NCBI GenBank assembly: GCA_000996035.1
Contig: LBYH01000005.1
Coordinates: forward strand, 1-39,125
Origin: Parcubacteria group bacterium GW2011_GWA2_40_143
GTDB lineage: Bacteria; Patescibacteriota; Minisyncoccia; UBA9983
Reading direction: 5' to 3'
DNA length: 39,125 nt
The notes under the pieces are model-generated. The model was given only the letters and a program-made list of their open reading frames with translations. It was not told where the DNA came from and ran no database searches. Below are positions 11,084 to 20,252 of this stretch, one piece after another. Position 1 is the stretch's first letter. Each line of letters begins with the position of its first letter. Made by a program: the position numbers and the translations under genes.

Positions 11084-12265
11084 ATGATTAATAAAAAATT
11101 TATTTTAAATGTCCGAAAAAGAATAAAGGGCGGTTATTTTTTAATAGCTTTCTTTTTTGTTTTTATTATTTCAGTGGCGGCTTTTTTTTATTATGATTCA
11201 ATCTTTTGGGAGTATTCTTCCACAAAGGCGGTGGAGACGATAATTGATGGAGTTGAAGAAAAAAGAGTCCGTCACATTAAAACTCCGGAATCGGTTAAAG
11301 CCATTTACATGACGGCTTGCGTGGCGGGCACTCCAAGCATGAGAGAGAGATTGGTGGATCTCGCCGACAGTACTGAAATAAATTCCATTATCATAAATAT
11401 AAAAGACGAAACCGGCAGAATATCTTTTAACACGGACAACCCCTTGCTTAAAGATGCCGCCGTGGGAACGTGCAAAGTGGCCGATATGGCTGAATTTATA
11501 GAATATTTGCATGAGAAAAATATTTACACTATAGGCCGTATCGCTGTGTTTCAAGATCCGTATTTAGTGAAAAAAAATCCGGAACTGGCGGTAAAAGAAC
11601 GCGGTGGCGAAAAAGTGTGGCGTGACAGAAAAGGTTTAAGTTGGATAAGCGTTTGTTCCAAGGAATCTTGGGATTACACGATAGAGCTGGCCAAAGAGTC
11701 GGAGAAAATCGGTTTTGACGAACTTAATTTTGACTACATAAGATTTCCTTCGGATGGTGACATGAATAATATAAGCTATCCTTCCTGCGGGGCAGTGACT
11801 TTTTCCAAGCAAGACAGACTGGAAGATTTCTTCTTCTATCTTAATAAAGGATTGAGAGACTTAGGTATTCCCACTTCCGCCGATTTGTTTGGTATGGTTG
11901 CCACCAATAAAGATGATTTAAATATTGGCCAAGTGCTTGAGAGAGCGGAACCTTATTTTGATTTTATCGCGCCGATGGTTTACCCGTCGCATTATCCCGC
12001 CGGCTTTAAAAATCTTTCCGATCCGAACAAATATCCTTACGAGATAATCAAATATTCAATGGACGAAGCGGCGAGAAGGCTTGTCGCGGCTTCCAGCACA
12101 CCGCTCAAGCTTAGGCCGTGGCTTCAAGACTTTGACTATCCAGTTACGTACACGGCTGATATGGTGAGAGCGCAGATTAAGGCCACTTATGATGCCGGCT
12201 TAACTTCGTGGATGCTTTGGGATCCAAGCAATAAATACACGAGAGACGCCCTTGAAGCTCAATAA
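11084..12265 (+). CDS. Membrane-anchored putative glycoside hydrolase (DUF4015-like)
   Basis: N-terminal TM; VKAIYMT, GRIAVFQDP, GFDELNFDYIRFPSDG, PMVYPSHY, RPWLQDF motifs. Confidence 0.75.
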   Translation: MINKKFILNVRKRIKGGYFLIAFFFVFIISVAAFFYYDSIFWEYSSTKAVETIIDGVEEKRVRHIKTPESVKAIYMTACVAGTPSMRERLVDLADSTEINSIIINIKDETGRISFNTDNPLLKDAAVGTCKVADMAEFIEYLHEKNIYTIGRIAVFQDPYLVKKNPELAVKERGGEKVWRDRKGLSWISVCSKESWDYTIELAKESEKIGFDELNFDYIRFPSDGDMNNISYPSCGAVTFSKQDRLEDFFFYLNKGLRDLGIPTSADLFGMVATNKDDLNIGQVLERAEPYFDFIAPMVYPSHYPAGFKNLSDPNKYPYEIIKYSMDEAARRLVAASSTPLKLRPWLQDFDYPVTYTADMVRAQIKATYDAGLTSWMLWDPSNKYTRDALEAQ

Positions 12266-12327
12266 AAAACACCGAATTATCACAAGGCTTTATTTTTTAG
12301 ATGCTTTGGAGTATTATTTAAAAAACA

Positions 12328-12741
12328 ATGATGGAAAGCATAATGAAAAATAAAGACTTGATGGCGATGTTTAAAGAAAATAATGTTTCTTTCGCTTATC
12401 TTTTTGGTTCGCTGGTAAGTGGCAATTTTAATCAAGGTAGTGATGTTGATATCGCCGTGATGTTGCCGTTTGAAATGAAAAAAGAAGAAAGATTTGATTT
12501 GCGTCTTAAGTTTATGGGTGAGATTTCCAAAATATTAAAAAAGAAGGTTGATGTCGTGGTGTTAAACGACGTTAGTTCGTTGTATTTTAAATACATCATC
12601 ATAAAAGAAGGAAAGATTATTTATAAGGAAATTGATTTAAGCCCAGCCGAATTTGAAAGCAAAACGCTTGGCATATATTTTGACTTCAGGTCGTTTTTAG
12701 AAAATTACAACAAAGCTTATGTCAAAAGAAGCCTACAATAA
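12328..12741 (+). CDS. Minimal nucleotidyltransferase (MNT/MntA-type antitoxin)
   Basis: YLFGS-LVSGNFNQGS-DVD matches GSX10DXD; VDVVVLN third Asp; EGKIIY. Confidence 0.85.
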   Translation: MMESIMKNKDLMAMFKENNVSFAYLFGSLVSGNFNQGSDVDIAVMLPFEMKKEERFDLRLKFMGEISKILKKKVDVVVLNDVSSLYFKYIIIKEGKIIYKEIDLSPAEFESKTLGIYFDFRSFLENYNKAYVKRSLQ

Positions 12742-12835
12742 AATAATTTCCAAGTTGCAGAAGCGGAATAATCTGGATGATTTTGAGAATTTCAAAAAAG
12801 AGATAGTTAGATATGTAAATAAATATATAGCATAA
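12719..12835 (+). pseudogene. Internally deleted HEPN (DUF86/HepT-like) toxin remnant, 38 aa
   Basis: MSKEAYNKIISKLQKRNNLDDFENFKKEIVRYVNKYIA* overlaps the MNT 3' end as HEPN partners do. Resembles DUF86 first and last helices; no RX4-6H motif. Confidence 0.65.
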
Positions 12836-12841
12836 AAAAAC

Positions 12842-14788
12842 ATGCTCAAACTGGAAAACAACATAACCTATTTTGCCGAGACTAACTTTCGCAACGAGCG
12901 CAAGCGTTTTGGCATTAAGCGCAGAGATAGAACCAGACACATGTACGTGATAGGAAAGACGGGCGTGGGAAAAACTACTCTTCTTGAGAATATGGCTATC
13001 CAAGATATTCTAAATGGAGAGGGTGTTTGTATCGTTGATCCGCACGGCGATTTTGCCGAGAAGATGCTTAAATTCGTGCCGCAAGAACGCGTGGACGACG
13101 TGCTTTATTTTGCTCCGCACGATACCGACTGGCCTATAGCTTTTAATATGATGGAAAATGTTAATCCGGCTCAAAAGCATTTGGTGGCCAACGGCTTGCT
13201 CGGAGTGTTTAAAAAGATTTGGGGGCCGGAAGTATGGTCGGCCAGAATGGAATACATATTAAACAACACTATTTTGGCTCTTTTGGAATACCCAAATTCC
13301 ACTCTGCTTGGCATAAACAGAATGCTCTCGGATAAACATTACAGAGACGAGGTGGTGTCAAAGATTACGGATCCGGCGGTAAAATCTTTCTGGCTGGACG
13401 AGTTTGCCAAATACAGTGACAGGTTTATGACGGAAGCCGGCGCCGCCATCCAAAACAAAGTTGGCCAATTTATCTCCAATCCTCTCATAAGAAATATTAT
13501 CGGGCAAGTTAAGTCTTCTTTTGACATCAGAGATCTGATGGATCAAAAGAAAATTTTTATAGTTAATCTTTCAAAAGGCAGAATAGGAGAAGAAAATTCC
13601 CGTCTTATCGGCGCGATGCTTATTACGAAGATTTATTTGGCGGGCATGAGCAGGGTGGATGTGCCTGAGAGCGAAAGAGAAGATTTCTATCTGTATGTGG
13701 ACGAATTTCAAAACTTCGCCAATGAATCTTTCAAAGATATTTTATCCGAGGCCAGGAAATATCGTCTTAATCTTGTTTTGGCCCACCAGTACGTGGCTCA
13801 GATGGATGAAGGTGTGAGAGACGCGGTGATAGGCAACGTGGGCACGCTTATCACTTTCAGGGTGGGGGCGTTTGATGCCGAGCTGCTTGAGAAGGAATTC
13901 GCGCCTGAGTTTGACGTGCAAGACATAGTGGGTCTTGGTTTTGGCAGTATTTATCTTAAGCTTATGATAGACGGCATGGCTTCAAGGCCTTTTTCCGCCA
14001 ACACTTTACCGCCCATTAACTCAGAAAAAGAATCTCTTGAGGACAGGATTATAGAAGAATCAAGAAGCAAATATGCCAATGCCAAAGAAGAAGTGGAAGA
14101 AAAGATCACCCAATGGCACAGTCAGCTGGCTGAGGGCATGAGAGCGGAGAAAGCCGGCGGTTCGGCTTCCACCAGGAAGTCTCTGCCGCACACCGGACCC
14201 GCGGATGCCTCGCGTCCGCAGGTGTTTGAAGCTTCTTGTTCCGTCTGCGGCAAGAAGGTGTTCGTGCCCTTTGAGCCGGACGGCAAGAGGGCGATATATT
14301 GCAAAACGCACATGCCGGGAGCCGCCGCCGTTCAAGCGCCACAAAAGCATGAACCGTTAAGCGTAGGAAGCATAACATCAAAAGTAAAAGAACGCATTTC
14401 TTTGGGAGACAAAAAAAGTGTGAAAATAAATAACAAAGAAGAGAAGGTTGCTGAAAGTAAAATGCCGGAAAAAATATTGTCTCTTTCCGAGCTTAATACC
14501 AAGAAAAAAGTTAATCCCAAGCTTGATGAGCTCAGGAAGGTTTTAGATGAGGCCATGGCAGGGGATGAAAGCGAGGAAGATAACAGTATTCCGGCTCTTT
14601 ATGATGATTCGTTTACGGATGAGGAACTGATTGATGATGTCACGGAAGACTCTGCGAGAGAGGAAATATTGAAAAGTTTTAAAAAACCAATGATGGAAGA
14701 ATTAAAAATTCCGGATGATAAAGAAAGCATGGCAAAAAAGCCGGAGAAAAAGATTTTAAAGCCGGGCGATAAGATAACTTTTAATTAG
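12842..14788 (+). CDS. VirD4/TraG/TrwB-like (HerA/FtsK superfamily) ATPase with C-terminal CxxC-x17-CxxH module
   Basis: Walker A GKTGVGKT, VDPHGD, Walker B YLYVDEFQNF, LSEARKY, AHQY; CSVC-17 aa-CKTH followed by a charged low-complexity tail. Confidence 0.85.
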   Translation: MLKLENNITYFAETNFRNERKRFGIKRRDRTRHMYVIGKTGVGKTTLLENMAIQDILNGEGVCIVDPHGDFAEKMLKFVPQERVDDVLYFAPHDTDWPIAFNMMENVNPAQKHLVANGLLGVFKKIWGPEVWSARMEYILNNTILALLEYPNSTLLGINRMLSDKHYRDEVVSKITDPAVKSFWLDEFAKYSDRFMTEAGAAIQNKVGQFISNPLIRNIIGQVKSSFDIRDLMDQKKIFIVNLSKGRIGEENSRLIGAMLITKIYLAGMSRVDVPESEREDFYLYVDEFQNFANESFKDILSEARKYRLNLVLAHQYVAQMDEGVRDAVIGNVGTLITFRVGAFDAELLEKEFAPEFDVQDIVGLGFGSIYLKLMIDGMASRPFSANTLPPINSEKESLEDRIIEESRSKYANAKEEVEEKITQWHSQLAEGMRAEKAGGSASTRKSLPHTGPADASRPQVFEASCSVCGKKVFVPFEPDGKRAIYCKTHMPGAAAVQAPQKHEPLSVGSITSKVKERISLGDKKSVKINNKEEKVAESKMPEKILSLSELNTKKKVNPKLDELRKVLDEAMAGDESEEDNSIPALYDDSFTDEELIDDVTEDSAREEILKSFKKPMMEELKIPDDKESMAKKPEKKILKPGDKITFN

Positions 14789-14804
14789 TTTTTTAAGTTT
14801 TTAA

Positions 14805-16244
14805 ATGAAATTTTTTATTAGGATTTTTATTTTTGCTTTTTTCGCGATTACGCCGTTTTACGCCGGCGCTTCTTTGGAGATTACGGAGATAATGTATGAT
14901 CTTAGCGGAACGGATACTAACAGGGAATGGATAGAAATTTATAATAATGGAGAGGAGAGCGTGGATGTTTCAACTTGGAAATTTTTTGAAGAAAATACGA
15001 ATCACAATCTAGTCGCGTCTCAAGGAGATACTGTTTTAGTAAAAGGGGAATATGCCGTTATTGCCGATAAGCCGGAGAAATTTTTAATTGATTGGCCGGA
15101 TTTTGCCGGCATTATCTTGGATAGTTCTTTTTCTCTAAAGAACACGGGAGAAACTTTGACTTTAAAAGATGCCGATTTAAATATCATTGATTCAGTAAGT
15201 TACACTTCCGATTGGGGAGCGGAAGGCGATGGTAATTCTCTTCAGAAAATAGGCGGGGAGTGGAAAGCGGCCGCGCCCACTCCGGGATCGGCGAATGAGG
15301 CATCAAGCGAAAACACTTCAGAGAATCCGCCGATAGAGGAGAGCGCGTCGCCAAGCCAAGAGCAGGATATTGATATTGTTACGCAGACGATTATTGCCAT
15401 GGAAGAAAAGATTTACGCTGATGCCGGCGCTGATAAAATCGCGGTTGTAGGCGCGGATACGGAATTTAGGGGCACGGCCTTAGGCTTTAAAAAAGAACCG
15501 CTTTCAAACGCCAGATACCTTTGGAGTTTTGGTGATATGGAATACCGCGAAGGGCAGAATGTAACCCATTTTTATAAATACCCGGGAGAGTACATTGCCG
15601 TTTTAGAGGTGTCTTCCGGTTCCAAATCCGCTTCCGACAAGATTGTGGTAAAGGTGGTGGAAAATAAAATAAAAGTGCTGGAAGCTGATGCCAAATTTGT
15701 AAAAATAAAAAATGATTCAAGTTTTGATATAAATATTTCAGGATGGTTTTTGCGAGGCAGCGGTAACACCTTTTTCTTTCCGCGTAATTCTTTTATAAAA
15801 AGCGGCGCGACTTTAGCCATTTCCTCCGAGCTTACCAAAGTGTTTGTAAACGAAACCTTTAGAACCATTGAGCTTTTGTATCCAAACGGATCTTTGGTTG
15901 ATTTTTATATCTTGCCGTATAAGACATTGGTTGTCGCTTCTTCCGACACCGTGGCCGCCGCGGTAAAAAGTTTAAACACAAATGAAATACCACGAAGTCA
16001 GACTCAACCAAAGGAGGCAATAAGCCAATCGGCGACCAGTAGTGTAGTATTGAAAGAAAAAAACGCCGGCGAAACTCTGCTTGAAACGGCGGAAGCCGCT
16101 TCAAGCAACATGGAAAACGACATTGTGCTTGCTGCCGAAGACGGTAAAGACGGAAATTTAGGCAAGTGGTTGGCTTTTGTCGTCTCTCTCGGCTTTTTTG
16201 GCGCGGCCGGTTTGTATTTCGTACGTCGTCATGGTGACGTTTAA
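14805..16244 (+). CDS. Surface protein with lamin-tail and PKD-like domains, C-terminal TM anchor
   Basis: Signal peptide; ITEIMYD...EWIEIYN...DVSTWK (LTD); YLWSFGD...HFYKYPGEY (PKD); C-terminal hydrophobic helix plus RRH. Confidence 0.8.
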   Translation: MKFFIRIFIFAFFAITPFYAGASLEITEIMYDLSGTDTNREWIEIYNNGEESVDVSTWKFFEENTNHNLVASQGDTVLVKGEYAVIADKPEKFLIDWPDFAGIILDSSFSLKNTGETLTLKDADLNIIDSVSYTSDWGAEGDGNSLQKIGGEWKAAAPTPGSANEASSENTSENPPIEESASPSQEQDIDIVTQTIIAMEEKIYADAGADKIAVVGADTEFRGTALGFKKEPLSNARYLWSFGDMEYREGQNVTHFYKYPGEYIAVLEVSSGSKSASDKIVVKVVENKIKVLEADAKFVKIKNDSSFDINISGWFLRGSGNTFFFPRNSFIKSGATLAISSELTKVFVNETFRTIELLYPNGSLVDFYILPYKTLVVASSDTVAAAVKSLNTNEIPRSQTQPKEAISQSATSSVVLKEKNAGETLLETAEAASSNMENDIVLAAEDGKDGNLGKWLAFVVSLGFFGAAGLYFVRRHGDV

Positions 16245-17309
16245 CATTTTCTCCACGGAAAATTCAGTTTTGATTTTTTCATGAAGATTGGCGGCCAGCG
16301 TGTCTCGCAAGTTTTTGTCATCAATCAATCTTTTAATAGCTTCAGTCAGCGCTTCCGGATTTTTGGGCGGTATCAAAAGACCGTCTTTTCCATCTTCTAT
16401 AATTTCCGGTATGCCGCCAACATTTGAGGCAATGACGGGCAAGCTGGCCAAACCCGCTTCTAAGATCACATAAGGCAAGCCTTCTTTAATTGATGGCAGC
16501 GCAAAAATATCAAAATTTTTAAGATATCGGGAAGCATCAGACATATTGCTGATGATGTTGAATTTTATGCTTGGTAAATTTTTTTGAGCTTCTCTCAGAT
16601 ATTTATGACCTTTATTTTTCGTAGATTCTCCTATGGTGCCGATAGTAAATTCTTCTTCGGTTCTCTCTAAAAAGTTATAATCATCGGGTGAGATACCATT
16701 ATGTATAACAACAAATTTTGCGGCCGGCGCGATTTTATTTTTCAGCGCTTCATTGTAATCGTTATGAGAGACACAGATAATTTTGTCGTAAAACAGGCAG
16801 GTGATTTTGCTGACCATTTTTATCAGGTGTATTTGCCACCCTGGTCTGCTTTCCAAAAATGCCCAACCGTGAACGGTAAAAATAGCGACAGGGCGCAAAA
16901 CGGATAAGTTTGTTTTGGAATCATTTCCCTTATGACCGTGATGGAAAAACAAATTTATCCGTTTTGCCGCTTTCTTGGCAAGAAAATAAATAAGGCTGGC
17001 AAATCCAACAATACCGCCAGCTTTGGAACTGGAAACATGTATAACATCCGGCTTTATTTTGAATAGAATTTTTAGAATTTCAAAAAAAGAAAAAATTTCT
17101 TTAAAAATATTTATGTCTCTTTGGAAAGATTTTATTTCAAAGTAGGGCAAGCCGGCCGATATTATTTTATCCGCCATCACACCTTTGTCGCCGCCGGCAA
17201 CAATCGGTTCAAAATGGTTTTTCGGCAGATTTATCGCCAGATCGTAAACATATTTCTGAGCGCCACCCCAGACAGATTTGGTGATTATATATAAGACTTT
17301 TTTCTTCAT
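16158..17309 (-). CDS. Glycosyltransferase family 4 (GT-B) with in-frame hairpin insert
   Basis: WGGAQKY, FTVHG, IHNG, PSIKEGLPYVILEA (EX7E), VGGIPEII. Confidence 0.9.
   Translation of the reverse strand: MKKKVLYIITKSVWGGAQKYVYDLAINLPKNHFEPIVAGGDKGVMADKIISAGLPYFEIKSFQRDINIFKEIFSFFEILKILFKIKPDVIHVSSSKAGGIVGFASLIYFLAKKAAKRINLFFHHGHKGNDSKTNLSVLRPVAIFTVHGWAFLESRPGWQIHLIKMVSKITCLFYDKIICVSHNDYNEALKNKIAPAAKFVVIHNGISPDDYNFLERTEEEFTIGTIGESTKNKGHKYLREAQKNLPSIKFNIISNMSDASRYLKNFDIFALPSIKEGLPYVILEAGLASLPVIASNVGGIPEIIEDGKDGLLIPPKNPEALTEAIKRLIDDKNLRDTLAANLHEKIKTEFSVEKMLNVTMTTYEIQTGRAKKAERDDKSQPLA
16895..16967 (+). repeat. 73-bp hairpin element inside the GT coding sequence
   Basis: GCAAAACGGATAAGTTTGTTTT / AAAACAAATTTATCCGTTTTGC form a 22-bp stem (one G-T) around a 29-nt loop; core 39/52 identical to 22941-22992. 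Confidence 0.85.
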
Positions 17310-17377
17310 TTTTTATTTAAAATCGACAAAAGCTTGTCTTTTAGCCGTTTTTGTAGTATTTTAACACTAACATATTT

Positions 17378-18544
17378 ATGAAAGTTTCTAAAGGAGACAA
17401 GAAAAAAATCCTTATTTTTTCACTTGCTTACTCGCCATTTGTGGGCGGAGCGGAGCTGGCGGTACAAGAGATTACCGATAGAATCGGCGAGTTTGAATAC
17501 GATCTTATTACGAAGAAGTTTGATCCCCATCTGCCGTCTTTTGAGAAAATTGGCAATGTGAACGTGCACAGAATAAGATCACCCAAACTGCTTTTTCCAT
17601 TTCTGGCTTATTTGAGAGGTAAAGTGATGCATAAAGAAAAAAAATATTCCATGGTTTGGTCTATTATGGCCAATCGAGCCGGATATGCCGCTTTGTTTTT
17701 TAAAAGAAAATTTCCGGAAGTGAAATTTTTGCTTACTTTGCAAGAGGGCGATACTCTTGATCACCCCAGAAAAAGAGCGGGGTTGTTGTGGATTTTTGTC
17801 GGACGATTGTTTAAAAAGATTTTTACCGAGGCGGATTGCGTTCAGGTTATCTCCGGTTATCTTGCCAGATGGGCGAAGAATATGAGGGTAAGCGGTGGCA
17901 AAATAATTATTGTGCCAAACGGTGTTGATATGGAAAAATTCAAATTTTCCGAAAGAGGAAAAAAGACGGATGATGCCGTTGTGATAACCACATCAAGATT
18001 GGTGCGAAAAAATGGTTTGGATATTCTGATAAAGGCGATAGCTGAGATAAGTAGAAGCGGAAGCGGCATGAAAATAAAATGTTTAATATTGGGCAATGGA
18101 CCGGAGGAGAGAAATTTAAAGGATTTGGCCAAAAGTCTTAGTGTAAAAGACAAAGTTGAATTTTTGGGGCATGTTGACCCCGCTCTTTTGCCGGGATACC
18201 TGGGTATGGCGGATATCTTTGTGAGGCCGTCAAGGAGCGAGGGTTTAGGCAGTTCGTTTTTGGAAGCCATGTCTGTTGGTTTGCCGGTAATAGGCACGAG
18301 AGTGGGCGGCATAGTGGACTTTATTAAAGACCCTTCGGAAGTTGGCGCCGATATGGCTACCGGGGTTTTTGCCGAATCGGAGAATCCTTCCAATGTGGCC
18401 GATAAAATCAAGATGCTTGTAAGAAATAAAGATCTGGCCGACAGTATTTCCAGAAACGGCAGGTGGCTTATAACTCAAAATTATTCTTGGGATATTGTGG
18501 CTGATAAAATGCGGGCAATTTTCAGTAAAATATGTCATAATTAA
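17378..18544 (+). CDS. Glycosyltransferase family 4
   Basis: PFVGGAE, VPNGVD, SRLVRKNG, PSRSEGLGSSFLEAM (EX7E). Confidence 0.9.
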   Translation: MKVSKGDKKKILIFSLAYSPFVGGAELAVQEITDRIGEFEYDLITKKFDPHLPSFEKIGNVNVHRIRSPKLLFPFLAYLRGKVMHKEKKYSMVWSIMANRAGYAALFFKRKFPEVKFLLTLQEGDTLDHPRKRAGLLWIFVGRLFKKIFTEADCVQVISGYLARWAKNMRVSGGKIIIVPNGVDMEKFKFSERGKKTDDAVVITTSRLVRKNGLDILIKAIAEISRSGSGMKIKCLILGNGPEERNLKDLAKSLSVKDKVEFLGHVDPALLPGYLGMADIFVRPSRSEGLGSSFLEAMSVGLPVIGTRVGGIVDFIKDPSEVGADMATGVFAESENPSNVADKIKMLVRNKDLADSISRNGRWLITQNYSWDIVADKMRAIFSKICHN

Positions 18545-18549
18545 AAAAT

Positions 18550-19224
18550 ATGGGTTTTGATAAAAAAGATTTTTATCGTTCTTTAATCGCCGGCGGGGCG
18601 ATTGCTGTTTTAAGCATACCGATTTTCAGAAACTTGGGAATGTTGGGCGGATTTTCAAAATACAATTTATTTTTATTGGTGATGATGGCGTTTTTTTGGT
18701 CGGTGTTTATCGCTCTCTCAATGGCGCTTGTCAATTATGTTGTTTACAGAATCACTTTTTTAAAGTGGCCTGTAATTTTTGAGATAAGCAAATACGGCAC
18801 GATAGGCTTGCTCAATACTTTTCTGTCAGCCGCCATTTTTAATTTTCTTATTATGATGACAGGCGTGGAAAAAGGTTTGACCGTTGACGCTTTCGTGGCC
18901 GTCTCCTTCGCCATTACCACTTCACACAGCTTTCTTTGGAATAAACTATGGACTTTTAATACCAAGGGGTCGGGCAATCACAAAAAAGAATATTCCGCCT
19001 TTTTTACCATAACCGGCCTCGTGTCTTTGCTTAACATATTTCTAATGCATATCTTGATAAACACCATTGGTTCGCCGGAATTTTTAAACGAAAGAATCTG
19101 GACTAATTTGGCTTTTGCCATGTTGGTGCCGGTATCTTTCCTTGGCAATTTTTTCGGCTATAAATTTTTTGTTTTTAAAACCGAAACGGCCGCGGCTAAA
19201 AATGCCGTTATGGAAACAATATAA
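18550..19224 (+). CDS. GtrA-like membrane protein
   Basis: KYGTIGLLNT, SFLWNKLWTF, NFFGYKFFVF GtrA-type motifs with two extra N-terminal TMs. Confidence 0.8.
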   Translation: MGFDKKDFYRSLIAGGAIAVLSIPIFRNLGMLGGFSKYNLFLLVMMAFFWSVFIALSMALVNYVVYRITFLKWPVIFEISKYGTIGLLNTFLSAAIFNFLIMMTGVEKGLTVDAFVAVSFAITTSHSFLWNKLWTFNTKGSGNHKKEYSAFFTITGLVSLLNIFLMHILINTIGSPEFLNERIWTNLAFAMLVPVSFLGNFFGYKFFVFKTETAAAKNAVMETI

Positions 19225-20252
19225 TGCGGATGAAGAAAAAAATTTTAATCTGCAGCGGTTTGTATCCGCCGGACGTTGGCGGGCCGGCCAAGTATGCCAA
19301 AAATCTTGAACAAGAATTTCTAAAAATAGGATATGGCGTTAAAGTGTTGGCTTACGGAGTGGAAAAAAAAATGCCAATCGGCATAAGGCATTTTTGGTAT
19401 TTCTTTAGAATAATTTTAGCTTTATCAAAGACGAATCTTATAATAGGTCTGGATATTCTTTCAACCGGCTTCCCGATGGTTTTAGCCGGTAAAATTTTAG
19501 GTAAAAAAACAATCTTGCGAGTCGGCGGCGACTTTCTTTGGGAGACTTACGTGGAATCAACCGGCAATCTTATCAAACTGGAAGATTTTTATAATAAAAA
19601 GCCGCAGCTATCAATTAAGTTCAAGATTATCGCTCTATTTCAAAAGTTCGCGATCAAAAACGCTTCCGCGTTAGCCTTTAACACCAAATGGCAAAAAGAA
19701 TTTTTTGAAAAAGTTTATAATCTTGACGCGAGGAAAAATTTTGTGATTGATAATTTTTATCCAGAAAAAATAGTTAATTCTGAAAATGAAGACAAACCTA
19801 AGGAGAAGAATTTTCTTTTTGCCGGTCGCAAAATTAAATTCAAAAACCTTAAAATATTAGAGAAGGTTTTTGAAGAATTGAAAACAGAGGGCGTTAAGGC
19901 AAAGCTGGAGGTTATAGATAATCTTTCCGCCGAAGAACTAAAGGAGAAAATAAAAAGTTCTTACGCGTTGATAACCGTATCAATTTCCGATTTTGCGCCA
20001 AATTTTATAATAGAGGGTGTTGGCGCCAATAAACCTTTTATTTTAACTGAAAATTGCGGCTTAACGAAAAGACTCAATGGGCTCGGTGTTTTTATTGATA
20101 CTTCCGGTGCCGATAATATAAAGAAGGCGGTTTTGAATTTGCTAGACGATGATGTTTATAAAAACTATAAAAAAAGACTCGCCGATTTTAATTTTACTCA
20201 CTCGTGGCAAGAAATTGCTCAAGAGTTTTTAGTTATTTATAAAAGCTTATGA
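19224..20252 (+). CDS. Divergent glycosyltransferase family 4
   Basis: YPPDVGGPAKY, FAGRKIKFKN, SDFAPNFIIE (DX7E variant of EX7E). Confidence 0.75.
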   Translation: MRMKKKILICSGLYPPDVGGPAKYAKNLEQEFLKIGYGVKVLAYGVEKKMPIGIRHFWYFFRIILALSKTNLIIGLDILSTGFPMVLAGKILGKKTILRVGGDFLWETYVESTGNLIKLEDFYNKKPQLSIKFKIIALFQKFAIKNASALAFNTKWQKEFFEKVYNLDARKNFVIDNFYPEKIVNSENEDKPKEKNFLFAGRKIKFKNLKILEKVFEELKTEGVKAKLEVIDNLSAEELKEKIKSSYALITVSISDFAPNFIIEGVGANKPFILTENCGLTKRLNGLGVFIDTSGADNIKKAVLNLLDDDVYKNYKKRLADFNFTHSWQEIAQEFLVIYKSL

